Source: an uncultured Actinomycetota bacterium (GTDB lineage: Bacteria > Actinomycetota > Thermoleophilia > RBG-16-64-13). From it: 64,000 nucleotides of DNA. The DNA lies in assembly GCA_963783835.1 (NCBI GenBank), contig CAWAOX010000015.1, positions 324,667 to 388,666 on the forward strand, read 5' to 3'. A program made the position numbers and the translations under genes. The notes under the pieces were generated by a model. That model saw nothing but the letters and a program-made list of their open reading frames with translations, was not told where the DNA came from and ran no database searches. Below are positions 52,735 to 62,363 of this stretch, piece after piece (position 1 is the first letter of the stretch; each line of letters opens with the position of its first letter).

Positions 52735-54069
52735 GTGTTCGAATCCCTTTCAGATAAGCTGCAAGGCGCTCTGGACGGCCTCAAGGGCCAGGGCAAGCTC
52801 ACGGAGAAAGACGTCGAGCGGGCTGCACGCGAGATCCGTCTCGCGCTGCTCGAGGCGGACGTCAACTTCAAAGTGGTCAAGCAGTTCGTCGACAAGGTCA
52901 AGGAACGGGCGCTAGGCGCTGAGGTGCTCGAGAGTCTCACCCCGGTACAGCAGTTCATCAAGATCGTGAACGAAGAGCTGACCGCCATCATGGGGTCGGC
53001 CTCCACCAAGCTGACCTTCTCTCCGCGCCCGCCGACGGTCATCATGATGGTCGGCCTGCAGGGCTCCGGCAAGACCACTGCCTGCGGCAAGCTGGCCAAG
53101 TTCTTGCTGTCCGAGGGCAAGAGCCCCAGCCTGGTAGCCGCCGACGTGTACCGTCCGGCCGCCATCGACCAGCTCAAGACCCTCGGCGAACAACTGGGCG
53201 TGCCCGTGTACGACGAGGGCGACAAGGCCGACCCGGTGGACATCGCCAAACATGGGGTGGAGTGGGCGCGCACCAAGGGTCGCGACGTCCTCATCATCGA
53301 CACCGCCGGCCGTTTGCACATCGACGAGAAGCTGATGGACGAGATCGCCCGCATCCGCAACACGGTCAAGCCACACAATATCCTCTTGGTCCTGGACGCC
53401 ATGACCGGGCAGGACGCGGTCAACGTGGCCCTGCAGTTCCAGGAGCGGGTGCAGTTCGACGGCGTGATCCTCACCAAGATGGACGGGGACGCCCGTGGTG
53501 GCGCCGCCCTGTCGGTCCGCGCCGTAACCGGCAAGCCGATCAAGTTCGCGAGCAGCGGTGAGAAGCTCGACAACTTCGAGTATTTTCATCCCGACCGGGT
53601 GGCCTCGCGCATCCTGGGGATGGGCGACGTTCTCTCGCTTATCGAGAAAGCCGAGCGCACCATCGACGAGAAGAAGGCGCGCGAGCTGGAGCAGAAGCTG
53701 CGCAAGAGCACCTTCACCTTCGAGGACTTCCTCGACCAGATCGAGCAGGTGCGGCGCATGGGGTCGTTGTCCAGCCTTCTGGGCATGATCCCGGGCATCC
53801 CCTCGAACAAGCTCAAGGGCCTGCAGGTCGACGACAAGGCGTTCGACAAGATCCAGGCTGTCATCTTCTCCATGACGCCAGAAGAACGCCGCCATCCCGA
53901 GCTGATCAACGGGAGCCGCCGGAAGCGCATCGCCGCCGGGGCGGGCTCGGATATCCATTCGGTCAACCAGCTGCTCAATCAGTTCAAGCAGGTCCAGAAG
54001 ATGATGAAGCAGTTGGGATCGGGCAGGATGCCCAAGAATCCCTTCCAGATGTTCGGAAACCCGAGTTGA
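52735..54069 (+). CDS. ffh: signal recognition particle protein Ffh
   Basis: 444 aa. NG domain GLQGSGKTT, DTAGR, and a Met-rich C-terminal M domain. Confidence 0.93.
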   Translation: MFESLSDKLQGALDGLKGQGKLTEKDVERAAREIRLALLEADVNFKVVKQFVDKVKERALGAEVLESLTPVQQFIKIVNEELTAIMGSASTKLTFSPRPPTVIMMVGLQGSGKTTACGKLAKFLLSEGKSPSLVAADVYRPAAIDQLKTLGEQLGVPVYDEGDKADPVDIAKHGVEWARTKGRDVLIIDTAGRLHIDEKLMDEIARIRNTVKPHNILLVLDAMTGQDAVNVALQFQERVQFDGVILTKMDGDARGGAALSVRAVTGKPIKFASSGEKLDNFEYFHPDRVASRILGMGDVLSLIEKAERTIDEKKARELEQKLRKSTFTFEDFLDQIEQVRRMGSLSSLLGMIPGIPSNKLKGLQVDDKAFDKIQAVIFSMTPEERRHPELINGSRRKRIAAGAGSDIHSVNQLLNQFKQVQKMMKQLGSGRMPKNPFQMFGNPS

Positions 54070-54086
54070 AGGGGAGGAGGTGACTA

Positions 54087-54329
54087 ATGGCGACAGCGAT
54101 ACGACTGGCACGCAGGGGCAGCAAGAAACATCCCACCTACCGCATTGTGGTGGCCGATTCCCGGCGGGCTCGTGACGGCCGCTTCATCGAGAGCATCGGC
54201 TTCTACAACCCGCAGACCGATCCGTCGGAGATCGTGGTGGACGAGGCCAGGGCCAAGGAATGGCTCAGGACCGGCGCTCAGCCCTCGGATACGGTGCGGA
54301 AACTTTTTAGCGTGAAAGGCATCGTCTAG
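54087..54329 (+). CDS. rpsP: 30S ribosomal protein S16
   Basis: 80 aa. [35 protein letters not shown] matches the conserved S16 N-terminus. Confidence 0.93.
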   Translation: MATAIRLARRGSKKHPTYRIVVADSRRARDGRFIESIGFYNPQTDPSEIVVDEARAKEWLRTGAQPSDTVRKLFSVKGIV

Positions 54330-54560
54330 TTGAAAGAACTGCTCGAATTTCTGGCCCGATCGCTCGTGGACCATCCGGAGCAAGTCCGGGTGGAGCAGAT
54401 CGACACAGCGGACGGCGTGCTGTTGCGGCTGACCGTCGCCAGAGAGGACGTGGGGAAGGTCATCGGCAAGCAGGGCCGCATAGCGCGGGCCATCAGGACG
54501 GTGGTCAAAGCGAGCGCCGTGCGAGACGGCAGGCAGGCCACTGTCGAGATCGTGGACTAA
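54330..54560 (+). CDS. KH-domain RNA-binding protein (YlqC/UPF0109 family)
   Basis: 76 aa. VGKVIGKQGRIARAIRTV carries the GXXG KH motif. Conserved position between rpsP and rimM. Confidence 0.85.
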   Translation: MKELLEFLARSLVDHPEQVRVEQIDTADGVLLRLTVAREDVGKVIGKQGRIARAIRTVVKASAVRDGRQATVEIVD

Positions 54561-54569
54561 GCGGTAGAC

Positions 54570-55168
54570 GTGCCGCGGCCCGAATGGATCGAGGTGGGGC
54601 GCATATCTCGGCCCCACGGCCTACAGGGTGAGGTGCGGGTGTCGCTCAGTTCCGACAACCCCGAACGGTTCCTGCCGGGGGCAACGCTGTACGCGCGGTC
54701 CGGGCGCATGGGAGTGGCTCGTTCGCGCCTGCCCGAGCAGGTTCCTCTGACCGTCGAGAGCGTCAGGGGCGATGAGGTCTTCCCGATTGTCGCCTTCCAT
54801 GAGATCGAGGGCCGCGACCGTGCGGAGGCTTTCAGCGGCTACGTGCTCGAGATCCGGTCCAGCGAGCTTCCGGTCCTGGAAGAGGACGAGTTCTACCCCT
54901 TCGACGTCGTAGGCCTCGAAGCGCGCGATCCCTCCGGGTCGGTAGTGGGCCGGGTCACCGATGCCCTTGAGTCTCCGGCCCACGCGATCTTGGTCGTCTC
55001 GCTGCAGGCGGGGGAGAGGCGCTGGTTCCGTTCGTGCTGGTTGCCGTCCCCGTCGTCGCGATCGAGGCGGGCTACCTCGTCGTCGACCCCGAGTTCGTCA
55101 GTTTCGCCGGCGCCCCCAGTGAAGAACGGCCGGCCGACGCGGAGGGCGGAGACGCCGGCGGCCCCTCG
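54570..55168 (+). CDS. rimM: ribosome maturation factor RimM (apparent -1 frameshift near 55010-55020)
   Basis: The N-terminal 150 aa are canonical (WIEVGRISRPHGLQGEVRV). After ..LVVSLQAGE the conserved C-terminus (LVPFVLVAVPVVAIEAGYLVVDPEF...) is only readable in another frame, and ends at TGA 55166-68, which overlaps the trmD GTG. Confidence 0.8.
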
Positions 55169-55869
55169 TGAAGCGGATCGATGTCTTCACCCTGGTCCCC
55201 GACGCTTTTGGCTGGTTCCTTCGGCAGCATCCCATCTCCACCGCCATCGATAGCGGGTCGGTGACGATAGCCATCCACAACATCCGGGAACACAGCCCCC
55301 TGCCACATCATGAAGTCGACGACTCACCTTATGGGGGCGGGCCGGGCATGGTCACGCGGGTGGACATAGTGGGGCTGGCGTTGGAGGCGGTGTTCGGCGC
55401 TCCCGCGGGGACCATCCGCGACACCCGGGACGTGTATGTCCTGGCGGCGGGAGGGAGGCCGTTCGATCACGATCTGGGACAGTCTCTCGCTTCCGGTGAG
55501 CGCGACTTGGTGTTGCTGTGCGGCCGCTTCGAAGGCTTCGATGCGCGGGTGGAGGAGTTGTTCGCTACCGGATCTCTCTCCATCGGTCCCTATGTGCTCG
55601 CCGGAGGGGAAGTGGCGGCGCTCGCGGTAATGGAGGCCGTCGTCCGCCATCTGCCCGGGTCTCTCGGCAACGAGGACAGCGTGCTCGAGGAGTCGTTCAG
55701 TGCGGGGCTGGCCGGTATGGTCGAGTATCCGCACTATACGCGGCCCCGGGAGTACGGGGGCGCAGAGGTGCCGGCGGTGCTTGTGAGCGGGGATCATGCG
55801 GCGATCGCCAGGTGGCGATCGCAGAACGCTCGTCCGTCGCCGTGGGCGCCCGGGGAGCATGCCCAATGA
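55168..55869 (+). CDS. trmD: tRNA (guanine37-N1)-methyltransferase
   Basis: 233 aa. RIDVFTLVPDAF N-terminus and SPOUT-knot motifs (SIGPYVLAGGE). Confidence 0.9.
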   Translation: MKRIDVFTLVPDAFGWFLRQHPISTAIDSGSVTIAIHNIREHSPLPHHEVDDSPYGGGPGMVTRVDIVGLALEAVFGAPAGTIRDTRDVYVLAAGGRPFDHDLGQSLASGERDLVLLCGRFEGFDARVEELFATGSLSIGPYVLAGGEVAALAVMEAVVRHLPGSLGNEDSVLEESFSAGLAGMVEYPHYTRPREYGGAEVPAVLVSGDHAAIARWRSQNARPSPWAPGEHAQ

Positions 55870-56483
55870 GCGCGGAATTGGACCGGCTGGTAGAAGAGGG
55901 ACCGGAGACACCGGGCCGGGAGCCGTCCGGACCGGGAGAGATCCCAGGGGAGACGCGCAAGGAGAAGAAGTCGACCATCCTGGGGACGATCGTGGAGATA
56001 GTGGGGATCGTCGCCGCCGCCTTCGTCATCGCCCTACTGGTGCAGGCCTTTCTGGTCAAGCCCTTCACGATCCACCAGGTCTCAATGAGGGCGACGCTCG
56101 AAGAGGGGGACCGGATCCTGCTTAACCGGCTGTCCTACCACTTCCGGGATGAAGCCCGGGGCGACATAGTGGTATTCCACTCGCCCATCAACGAAGACGA
56201 GGACCTGGTCAAGAGGATCGTCGCCATAGCGAACGATCGGGTAGCCATCTCCGGGGGGAAGTTGTACGTGAACGGGGTGGCCCAGGACGAGCCGTACCTT
56301 CTCGAACAGGATTTCGAGGGGGAGATGCCCGAGACGGTCGTGCCCCCCGGGCAGGTGTTCGTCATGGGGGACAACCGCAACAACAGCGGCGACAGCAGGC
56401 TGTTCGGGCCCATCCCCACGGACACCATCATCGGCAGCGCTTTCCTTCTTTACTGGCCCATAGGGCACTGGAAGACGCTCTGA
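55866..56483 (+). CDS. lepB: signal peptidase I (paralog 1)
   Basis: ATG 55866 overlaps the trmD stop. One TM helix. Catalytic Ser box VSMRATL, Lys box KRIVA, and C-terminal GDNRNNSGDSR. Confidence 0.85.
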   Translation: MSAELDRLVEEGPETPGREPSGPGEIPGETRKEKKSTILGTIVEIVGIVAAAFVIALLVQAFLVKPFTIHQVSMRATLEEGDRILLNRLSYHFRDEARGDIVVFHSPINEDEDLVKRIVAIANDRVAISGGKLYVNGVAQDEPYLLEQDFEGEMPETVVPPGQVFVMGDNRNNSGDSRLFGPIPTDTIIGSAFLLYWPIGHWKTL

Positions 56484-56618
56484 GACAGTGAGCGCGGGGA
56501 ACCTTCCAGCGCACTGCGGGTTGCAAACGGATGCCCGATGCTTTAAAGTCTGTTGGCTTTTCAGCCAGATGGTGGACTTGGGTCGGCGCAGGACTAAGGA
56601 TCAGGGTTAGGTAAAGAT

Positions 56619-56960
56619 ATGGGTGCGATAGAAGAATTCGAGCGGGCGCAACTTCGGGATCTCCCCGCCTTCAAATCCGGCGACACCGTCCGGGTGCATT
56701 TCAAGGTCGTCGAAGGGAGCCGGGAGCGCATCCAGGTCTTCCAGGGCTTCTGCATCAAGAAGCAAGGCGAAGGGTCGCGCGAGACTTTCACCGTGCGCAA
56801 GCAGTCGTTCGGGGTCGGCGTCGAGCGGACCTTCCCGGTCCATTCTCCCAAGATCGACAAGATCGAGGTCGTGGCCGTCGGCGACGTCGCCAGGGCCAAG
56901 CTGTACTACCTGCGGGGGAAACTGGGCAAGAAGGCCCGCGTCAAGGAGAAGCGCATCTGA
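56619..56960 (+). CDS. rplS: 50S ribosomal protein L19
   Basis: 113 aa. [26 protein letters not shown] is canonical L19. Confidence 0.93.
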   Translation: MGAIEEFERAQLRDLPAFKSGDTVRVHFKVVEGSRERIQVFQGFCIKKQGEGSRETFTVRKQSFGVGVERTFPVHSPKIDKIEVVAVGDVARAKLYYLRGKLGKKARVKEKRI

Positions 56961-56976
56961 GGGGAGTGACGGCCGG

Positions 56977-57582
56977 GTGAGTGAACCCGATTCCGGCTCT
57001 CTGACCGGACCCGGACCAACCAGCGGCGAAGAAGGCGCGTCCGGGGCGGCCCAGACCAAGGGTCGCACTCGCGCATTCCGTTGGGTGATCGAAGTCGTCG
57101 TCATCGTGGCGGCGGCTTTCGTTCTTGCGCTCCTGGTCCAGCAGTTCATCGTCAAGCCCTTCGCCATCCCCTCGCCCTCGATGGAGCCGACGCTGGTGGA
57201 GGGCGACCGCGTGCTGGTCAACCGGCTGGTCTACCACTTCCATCCTCCCCGGCGGGGTGACGTCATCGTGTTCCATCCACCTGAGCGCCCGGGTTCGGAC
57301 CCGTTCATAAAAAGGGTGATTGCCGTGGCCGGTGACACGATCGCGGTGCACGATGGCGTCCTGTATCTCAACGGTGTGGCGCAGGATGAGCCGTATATCA
57401 AGGCGTATCCCATCGAGGGCGACTACCCCGAGACCGCCGTCAGGACCGGATACGTCTGGGCCATGGGGGACAATCGCAACAACAGCGGGGACAGCCGGGT
57501 GTTCGGACCGGTGACCCTGGATGCCATCATGGGTGAGGCCTTCGCGGTGTACTGGCCCCTGGGCCGCGTCGGCGGGCTCTAG
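56977..57582 (+). CDS. lepB: signal peptidase I (paralog 2)
   Basis: GTG start. TM helix. SPSMEPTL Ser box, KRVIA Lys box, GDNRNNSGDSR. Confidence 0.85.
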   Translation: MSEPDSGSLTGPGPTSGEEGASGAAQTKGRTRAFRWVIEVVVIVAAAFVLALLVQQFIVKPFAIPSPSMEPTLVEGDRVLVNRLVYHFHPPRRGDVIVFHPPERPGSDPFIKRVIAVAGDTIAVHDGVLYLNGVAQDEPYIKAYPIEGDYPETAVRTGYVWAMGDNRNNSGDSRVFGPVTLDAIMGEAFAVYWPLGRVGGL

Positions 57583-57592
57583 TAGCTGCGGG

Positions 57593-58357
57593 ATGGCCCC
57601 GGGCGGCGCCAAGAGGGGCAGACGGGCCTCCGATCCCTTTCGGTTCGACCAGCACCTTCTGGCGGAGGTCGCAGCCGCCAACGATGGGGCTTCTACGCTG
57701 CGGCTGGCTGGGACGGACGAGGCCGGACGAGGCTGCCTGGCCGGGCCGCTGGTGGCTGCGGCGGTGGTACTCGACTATGCCTCGGCGCCTTTCCGCGGCC
57801 TTGAGCGCCTCACCGACTCGAAACTCATGACCCCGGAGGCCCGGGAGAGTGCGTACTCGCTGATCCTGCGAAGGGCCGCGCGCATCTCGTGCGTCGCGTT
57901 CTCGCCCGCGTCCATCGACCGGATAGGCCTGCACCGCTGCAACATCTTGGCGCTGTGCAAAGCCCTCGACTCGCTCGCCGGCCAGTATTCGCTGGCCGTG
58001 GTGGACGCCTTCGATCTCAAGCGTCCGGAACTGAACGCCCGGGGGATCGTCGGGGCCGACTACAAGAGCGCGGCTGTCGCGGCGGCATCGGTGGTGGCGA
58101 AAGTGGTGCGAGACCGGCTGATGAAGTCGCTGGCCGTCGAGTACCCCGCGTATGGTTTTGAGGAACACGTGGGTTACGCCACGGGCCGGCACAGGGAGGC
58201 CCTGAGGGCCCATGGGCCATGCGCCATCCATCGCCTCAGTTTTCGGGGAGTGGCCTGCCCTCAGCTTGAGTTGTGGGACGAGCGGAGCGGACCGGCACTG
58301 GGGTCAGGCGATCCGATAGCCCTTGATCTCCTTTGTCAAGAACCCTTCCCCGGTTAG
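57593..58357 (+). CDS. rnhB: ribonuclease HII
   Basis: ATG 57593 (the track ORF starts 57521, inside lepB). AGTDEAGRGCLAGPLV active-site motif. The 3' end overlaps the minus-strand gene by about 54 nt. Confidence 0.88.
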   Translation: MAPGGAKRGRRASDPFRFDQHLLAEVAAANDGASTLRLAGTDEAGRGCLAGPLVAAAVVLDYASAPFRGLERLTDSKLMTPEARESAYSLILRRAARISCVAFSPASIDRIGLHRCNILALCKALDSLAGQYSLAVVDAFDLKRPELNARGIVGADYKSAAVAAASVVAKVVRDRLMKSLAVEYPAYGFEEHVGYATGRHREALRAHGPCAIHRLSFRGVACPQLELWDERSGPALGSGDPIALDLLCQEPFPG

Positions 58358-59158
58358 GTCCTCCAGCACCGACACCACTTCGTCCAGCTCGCGGCGGGGA
58401 CCGGGCAGCATGATGCGAACGCCGGCGGCGTCGGCGGCAGAGGGGGCTATCGATAGCAGCGCCCGGAGAGCCTGCGCCCGCACCTCCCGGCGCGAACCCG
58501 CGAAGGGCGGCTGGATCGTGTGGTGTCTGCTCTGCCGGTTGGGGTTGCCGTAGACCTGCTTGATCCAGACGCCATAGTCCATCAAAGCGTAGAACCACTC
58601 CCGGGGGTCGTTCCGATCCATGGTCTTTTCGACGAGGGGGAGGATGTCGGCGTCGGGGACCGACGTCGATCCTTGAAAGAAGAAGTGGATGAAGGCCGAT
58701 CTGATGTTCGTCTCGATGAACGCGTGGGGCCTGCCGAAGGCGAACACACATACCGCCGCGGCGGTGGCGGGGCCGATCCCCGGAAGCAGCCGGAGTGCCT
58801 CCGGGGACGTGGGGATGCGGCCCTCATATAGTTCGAGCACCATCGTCGCCGCTCGGTGCAGAGACAGCGCCCGCCGGTTGTAGCCCAGGCCCGACCAGGC
58901 GGCAAGCACATCGGCGATCGGAGCCGCGGAGAGCGAGGGCACGGTAGGGAACGATGCAAGAAACTGATCGTACTTGACCAGTACCCGGGCGACCTGGGTC
59001 TGCTGGAGCATGATCTCCGAGACCAAGATCTCGTAGGCGTCGCGAGTCCGGCGCCACGGCAGATCTCGGCGATTGCGCCGGGAGTAGTCCCACACCACTG
59101 CGGCGAAGGCAGCCGCCTCCGCCTGGGTGAGACTTAAGTCGGACTGCTGTCGCCTCAC
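58304..59158 (-). CDS. HhH-GPD superfamily DNA glycosylase (EndoIII/MutY-like, no Fe-S cluster motif)
   Basis: 284 aa on the minus strand. YEILVSEIMLQQTQVARV and LPGIGPATAAAV (the HhH-GPD loop). No C-x6-C-x2-C-x5-C cluster is visible. Confidence 0.75.
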   Translation of the reverse strand: MRRQQSDLSLTQAEAAAFAAVVWDYSRRNRRDLPWRRTRDAYEILVSEIMLQQTQVARVLVKYDQFLASFPTVPSLSAAPIADVLAAWSGLGYNRRALSLHRAATMVLELYEGRIPTSPEALRLLPGIGPATAAAVCVFAFGRPHAFIETNIRSAFIHFFFQGSTSVPDADILPLVEKTMDRNDPREWFYALMDYGVWIKQVYGNPNRQSRHHTIQPPFAGSRREVRAQALRALLSIAPSAADAAGVRIMLPGPRRELDEVVSVLEDLTGEGFLTKEIKGYRIA

Positions 59159-59212
59159 TCTTCGCTAGTCTCCGGTCTGGAACTGCCCGTGTGCCATGCC
59201 TGAGGAGGAGAG

Positions 59213-59608
59213 TTGATCGACGATGCCCGCCCCGGCCTCGACCGTGTGGTGAGAGGGCGTACCGGCGAGCAGGTCGCGGCCTCCTTCTTATCCGACAGAG
59301 GGTACCGCGTGCTCGCGAAGAATCAACGGACGCCTTTGGGCGAGCTCGATCTCGTCTGCCGCTCGTCCTCGCAGATCGTGATCGTCGAAGTCAAAGCCCG
59401 CTCCGGCGACGAGTACGGGACCGGGCTGGAAGCCATCGGTCCGCGCAAGGCCAGGCGGCTGCGGGCGGCTGCCGTGTGGTGGCTTTCCGAGCGGGAATTG
59501 CTGCCGTGCTCTCTGCGATTCGACGCGGTAGTCGTCGCCTTGGACGCCTTCGGCCTGCCGCGCAGCCTGGAGCATGTCAAGGACATCCTTGGAGAGGGCA
59601 ACGGATGA
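59213..59608 (+). CDS. yraN: YraN/UPF0102 family endonuclease
   Basis: 131 aa. GEQVAASFLSDRGYRVLAKNQRTPLGELDLV...IVIVEVKAR is typical YraN. Confidence 0.82.
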   Translation: MIDDARPGLDRVVRGRTGEQVAASFLSDRGYRVLAKNQRTPLGELDLVCRSSSQIVIVEVKARSGDEYGTGLEAIGPRKARRLRAAAVWWLSERELLPCSLRFDAVVVALDAFGLPRSLEHVKDILGEGNG

Positions 59609-59630
59609 TCATCGGCGAGGGGAAAGGCTG

Positions 59631-61178
59631 ATGTCGGTCGCCTCTGTCTGGGGCTTTGCCCTCATCGGCATCGACGCCGTGCCGGTTCGCGTCGAGGCTC
59701 ACGCCCGAAACGGACTCCCAGGGGTGACGATCGTCGGCCTTCCGGGCGCTGCCGTGCGCGAAGCGAAAGAGCGCGTGCGCTCCGGCGCGGCCTCCTGTGG
59801 TCTTCCGCTGCCCACGCGCCGGATAACCATCAACCTGAGTCCGGGTGACGTGCCCAAGGAGGGGTCGGGTTTCGATCTGCCGGTGGCGCTCGCTACCCTG
59901 GCTGCCTGCGGGTACCTGCCTCCCGAAGCCGTTCGCGATATCGGAGCGGTGGGAGAGGTCTCCCTGAACGGCCTGGTGCGCCCCAGCCGGGGCATGGTGT
60001 CGGTGGCCGAAGCGGCCGGTGAGGTGGGGGTACGTCTTCTGATAACGCCCGTCGAAGGGCTACCGGCGGCGTCGGAAGTGGCGCGCATGCCGGTCGCGGG
60101 AGTGCGCTCGCTCGCGGAAGCAGTCCAAGTAGCGCGGGACGGCTGCTCGAGAGAGCGGGTGCTCGAACGAGGCAGGCGTTGGCTGCGGTCCCGTAGAGAA
60201 GAGGCGGCGTCCGCGGAGGCTGGAGAGATGCTCGATTTTGAGCAGGTGCTCGGCCAGCATCAGGCCAAGCGGGCCCTGGAGATAGTCGCGGCGGGTGGAC
60301 ATCACCTCCTGCTGGTGGGCTCCCCCGGGGCCGGAAAGACCATGCTGGCCCGCCGTCTGCCGGGCATCCTGCCCGGCCTCACCAGGGATGAGGCCGTAGA
60401 CGTGACTCGGGTATGGAGCGCTGCGGGCCTGCAGGTCGCCAGAGCGGGCCTCATCAAGGAGCGTCCCTTCCGGGCACCTCACCACACGGCGTCGCGCGCC
60501 GCCTTGGTCGGCGGCGGGATTATCCTGCGCCCGGGCGAGGTGAGCCTGGCGCATCGTGGTGTGCTCTTTCTCGACGAGTTCCCCGAGTTCTCGAGGGACG
60601 CTCTCGAGGCGCTGCGACAACCTCTGGAGGAAGGTCGCGTGGCGATCTGCAGACGCTCCGGCACATGCCTCTTCCCGGCTGCGTGCACGCTCGTGGCCGC
60701 GATGAACCCCTGTCCCTGCGGCTATCTGGGGCATCCCGCAAAGCCTTGCCGCTGTCCGGCCGCAGCTATCGAACGGTACCGCGCCAGGGTGAGCGGGCCT
60801 CTCCTCGACCGCGTCGACGCGCTCATCGAAGTGCCTCCGCTGACGCTCACCGCGCTGGACGACCGGTCTTCCCTCGAGTCCTCCGTCGTGGTGCGCGCGC
60901 GGGTGACCGCCGCCCGCGAATTCCGCCGGGCGCGAGAAGAGCGGGCTACGCGGAACGGACAGCGCCCCGGCGAGACCCGCGACCGGTTCTCGCCTGAGGC
61001 CCGGTCCTTGCTGCGCCAGGCCCTGGTGCGAGACGCTCTCAGCGGGCGGGCCTACGTTCGGGTCGCCAGTCTTGCCCGAACTATCGCCGACCTCGACTGC
61101 CTCGAGGACGTGGGCGCCGACCACCTGGCCGAGGCCCTTTCGCTGCGGCTGGATCACCGCCGGCTGGCGTTCGCCTGA
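59631..61178 (+). CDS. comM: YifB/ComM-family Mg-chelatase-like AAA+ ATPase
   Basis: ATG 59631. N-terminal Lon-like domain, Walker A GSPGAGKTMLARRL, and a C-terminal ChlI-type domain. Confidence 0.88.
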   Translation: MSVASVWGFALIGIDAVPVRVEAHARNGLPGVTIVGLPGAAVREAKERVRSGAASCGLPLPTRRITINLSPGDVPKEGSGFDLPVALATLAACGYLPPEAVRDIGAVGEVSLNGLVRPSRGMVSVAEAAGEVGVRLLITPVEGLPAASEVARMPVAGVRSLAEAVQVARDGCSRERVLERGRRWLRSRREEAASAEAGEMLDFEQVLGQHQAKRALEIVAAGGHHLLLVGSPGAGKTMLARRLPGILPGLTRDEAVDVTRVWSAAGLQVARAGLIKERPFRAPHHTASRAALVGGGIILRPGEVSLAHRGVLFLDEFPEFSRDALEALRQPLEEGRVAICRRSGTCLFPAACTLVAAMNPCPCGYLGHPAKPCRCPAAAIERYRARVSGPLLDRVDALIEVPPLTLTALDDRSSLESSVVVRARVTAAREFRRAREERATRNGQRPGETRDRFSPEARSLLRQALVRDALSGRAYVRVASLARTIADLDCLEDVGADHLAEALSLRLDHRRLAFA

Positions 61179-62341
61179 TGTCGCTCACTGTGGTCGATGG
61201 CGAGAGATACCGGACAGCACTGGCTCTGGCCCACCTGTGCCACTCGGGCGGCAGTTCCATACTCAAGCTTCTCAAGACCATGAGTCCCGAAGAGATATGG
61301 ACTGCGCCCGAGCCGCGGCTGATGGCCGAGGGCATGTCCCAGGCGGCCGCGCGGCGCTTCGCGAAGGCGCGATGCGCGCAGGTGCACCGGCAGGCGGAGA
61401 GCGACCTCAGGGCGGCCGGACTGCGGTTTGTGGCGTACGGAACGCCCGGCTATCCCCAAGAACTGACGAACCTGTCACATCCGCCCGCCGGGCTGTTCTG
61501 CAAAGGGGAGGAGGAGAGGATAGAAGAACTGCTGAGACTCCCGCGGGTCACCATCGTCGGCACCCGGCGGGCCACTGCCTATGGGACGCGGGCCGCGCGT
61601 GACTTCGCGGCGGCGTTCGCCGCGAGGGGCATCGCGGTGGTGAGCGGCATGGCTCTGGGCATCGACGGGAGGTCTCACGAGGCCGCGCTGGACGCCGGCG
61701 GTCTGACCGTCGCGGTGCTTGGGTGCGGCGCCGACGTGGTATACCCGCCGCGGCATCGAGGCCTCTATCAACTCTTGGTCCAAAGAGGGGTCGTAGCGAG
61801 CGAGTTGCCGCCCGGCGCTCCCCCCTCTAAGTGGACTTTTCCCAACCGCAACCGATTGCTGGCTGCGCTCGGCGACGCCGTGGTCGTCATCGAAGGATCG
61901 CCGACCAGCGGCGCGATGCAGACCGCCGACCAGGCCGCCATCCTGGGCCGGCCGGTGTTCGCGGTGCCGGGGTCCATCTACGTCGACAACCACCGGGGCT
62001 GCAATCTGCTGCTGGGAGACGGCGCTGCCCCGGCTCTCGACCCCGACACGAGTGTGGAGGAGTTCCTTCTCCAAACCAGAATCGAGAGGGGTGAGCGGCG
62101 ACCTCTGGAACGGGATGGCGGGGGCGTCCGCCGGGGGATGGAGCAGGATCCCTTTCGCGAACTGGTGGCTGCGGGGAGGGAGGTCATCCTCGAAGCCATC
62201 GCGGAGGGGCCTCGGTCTATCGACGCTCTTGTGGCACGGACGGGGATGACCGTCCGGCACCTGACCGCCGCTCTGGCGGAACTGGAATTGGCCGGTCTGG
62301 CTGCGAGGGCCGGACCGGGACTCTACATCAGAGCGCCCTGA
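61178..62341 (+). CDS. dprA: DNA-processing protein DprA
   Basis: ATG overlaps the comM stop. Rossmann-like DprA core VSGMALGIDGRSHEAAL...FPNRNRLLAALGDAVVVIE. Confidence 0.88.
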   Translation: MSLTVVDGERYRTALALAHLCHSGGSSILKLLKTMSPEEIWTAPEPRLMAEGMSQAAARRFAKARCAQVHRQAESDLRAAGLRFVAYGTPGYPQELTNLSHPPAGLFCKGEEERIEELLRLPRVTIVGTRRATAYGTRAARDFAAAFAARGIAVVSGMALGIDGRSHEAALDAGGLTVAVLGCGADVVYPPRHRGLYQLLVQRGVVASELPPGAPPSKWTFPNRNRLLAALGDAVVVIEGSPTSGAMQTADQAAILGRPVFAVPGSIYVDNHRGCNLLLGDGAAPALDPDTSVEEFLLQTRIERGERRPLERDGGGVRRGMEQDPFRELVAAGREVILEAIAEGPRSIDALVARTGMTVRHLTAALAELELAGLAARAGPGLYIRAP

Positions 62342-62363
62342 GTGAGAGGCGCGATGGAGGCCG

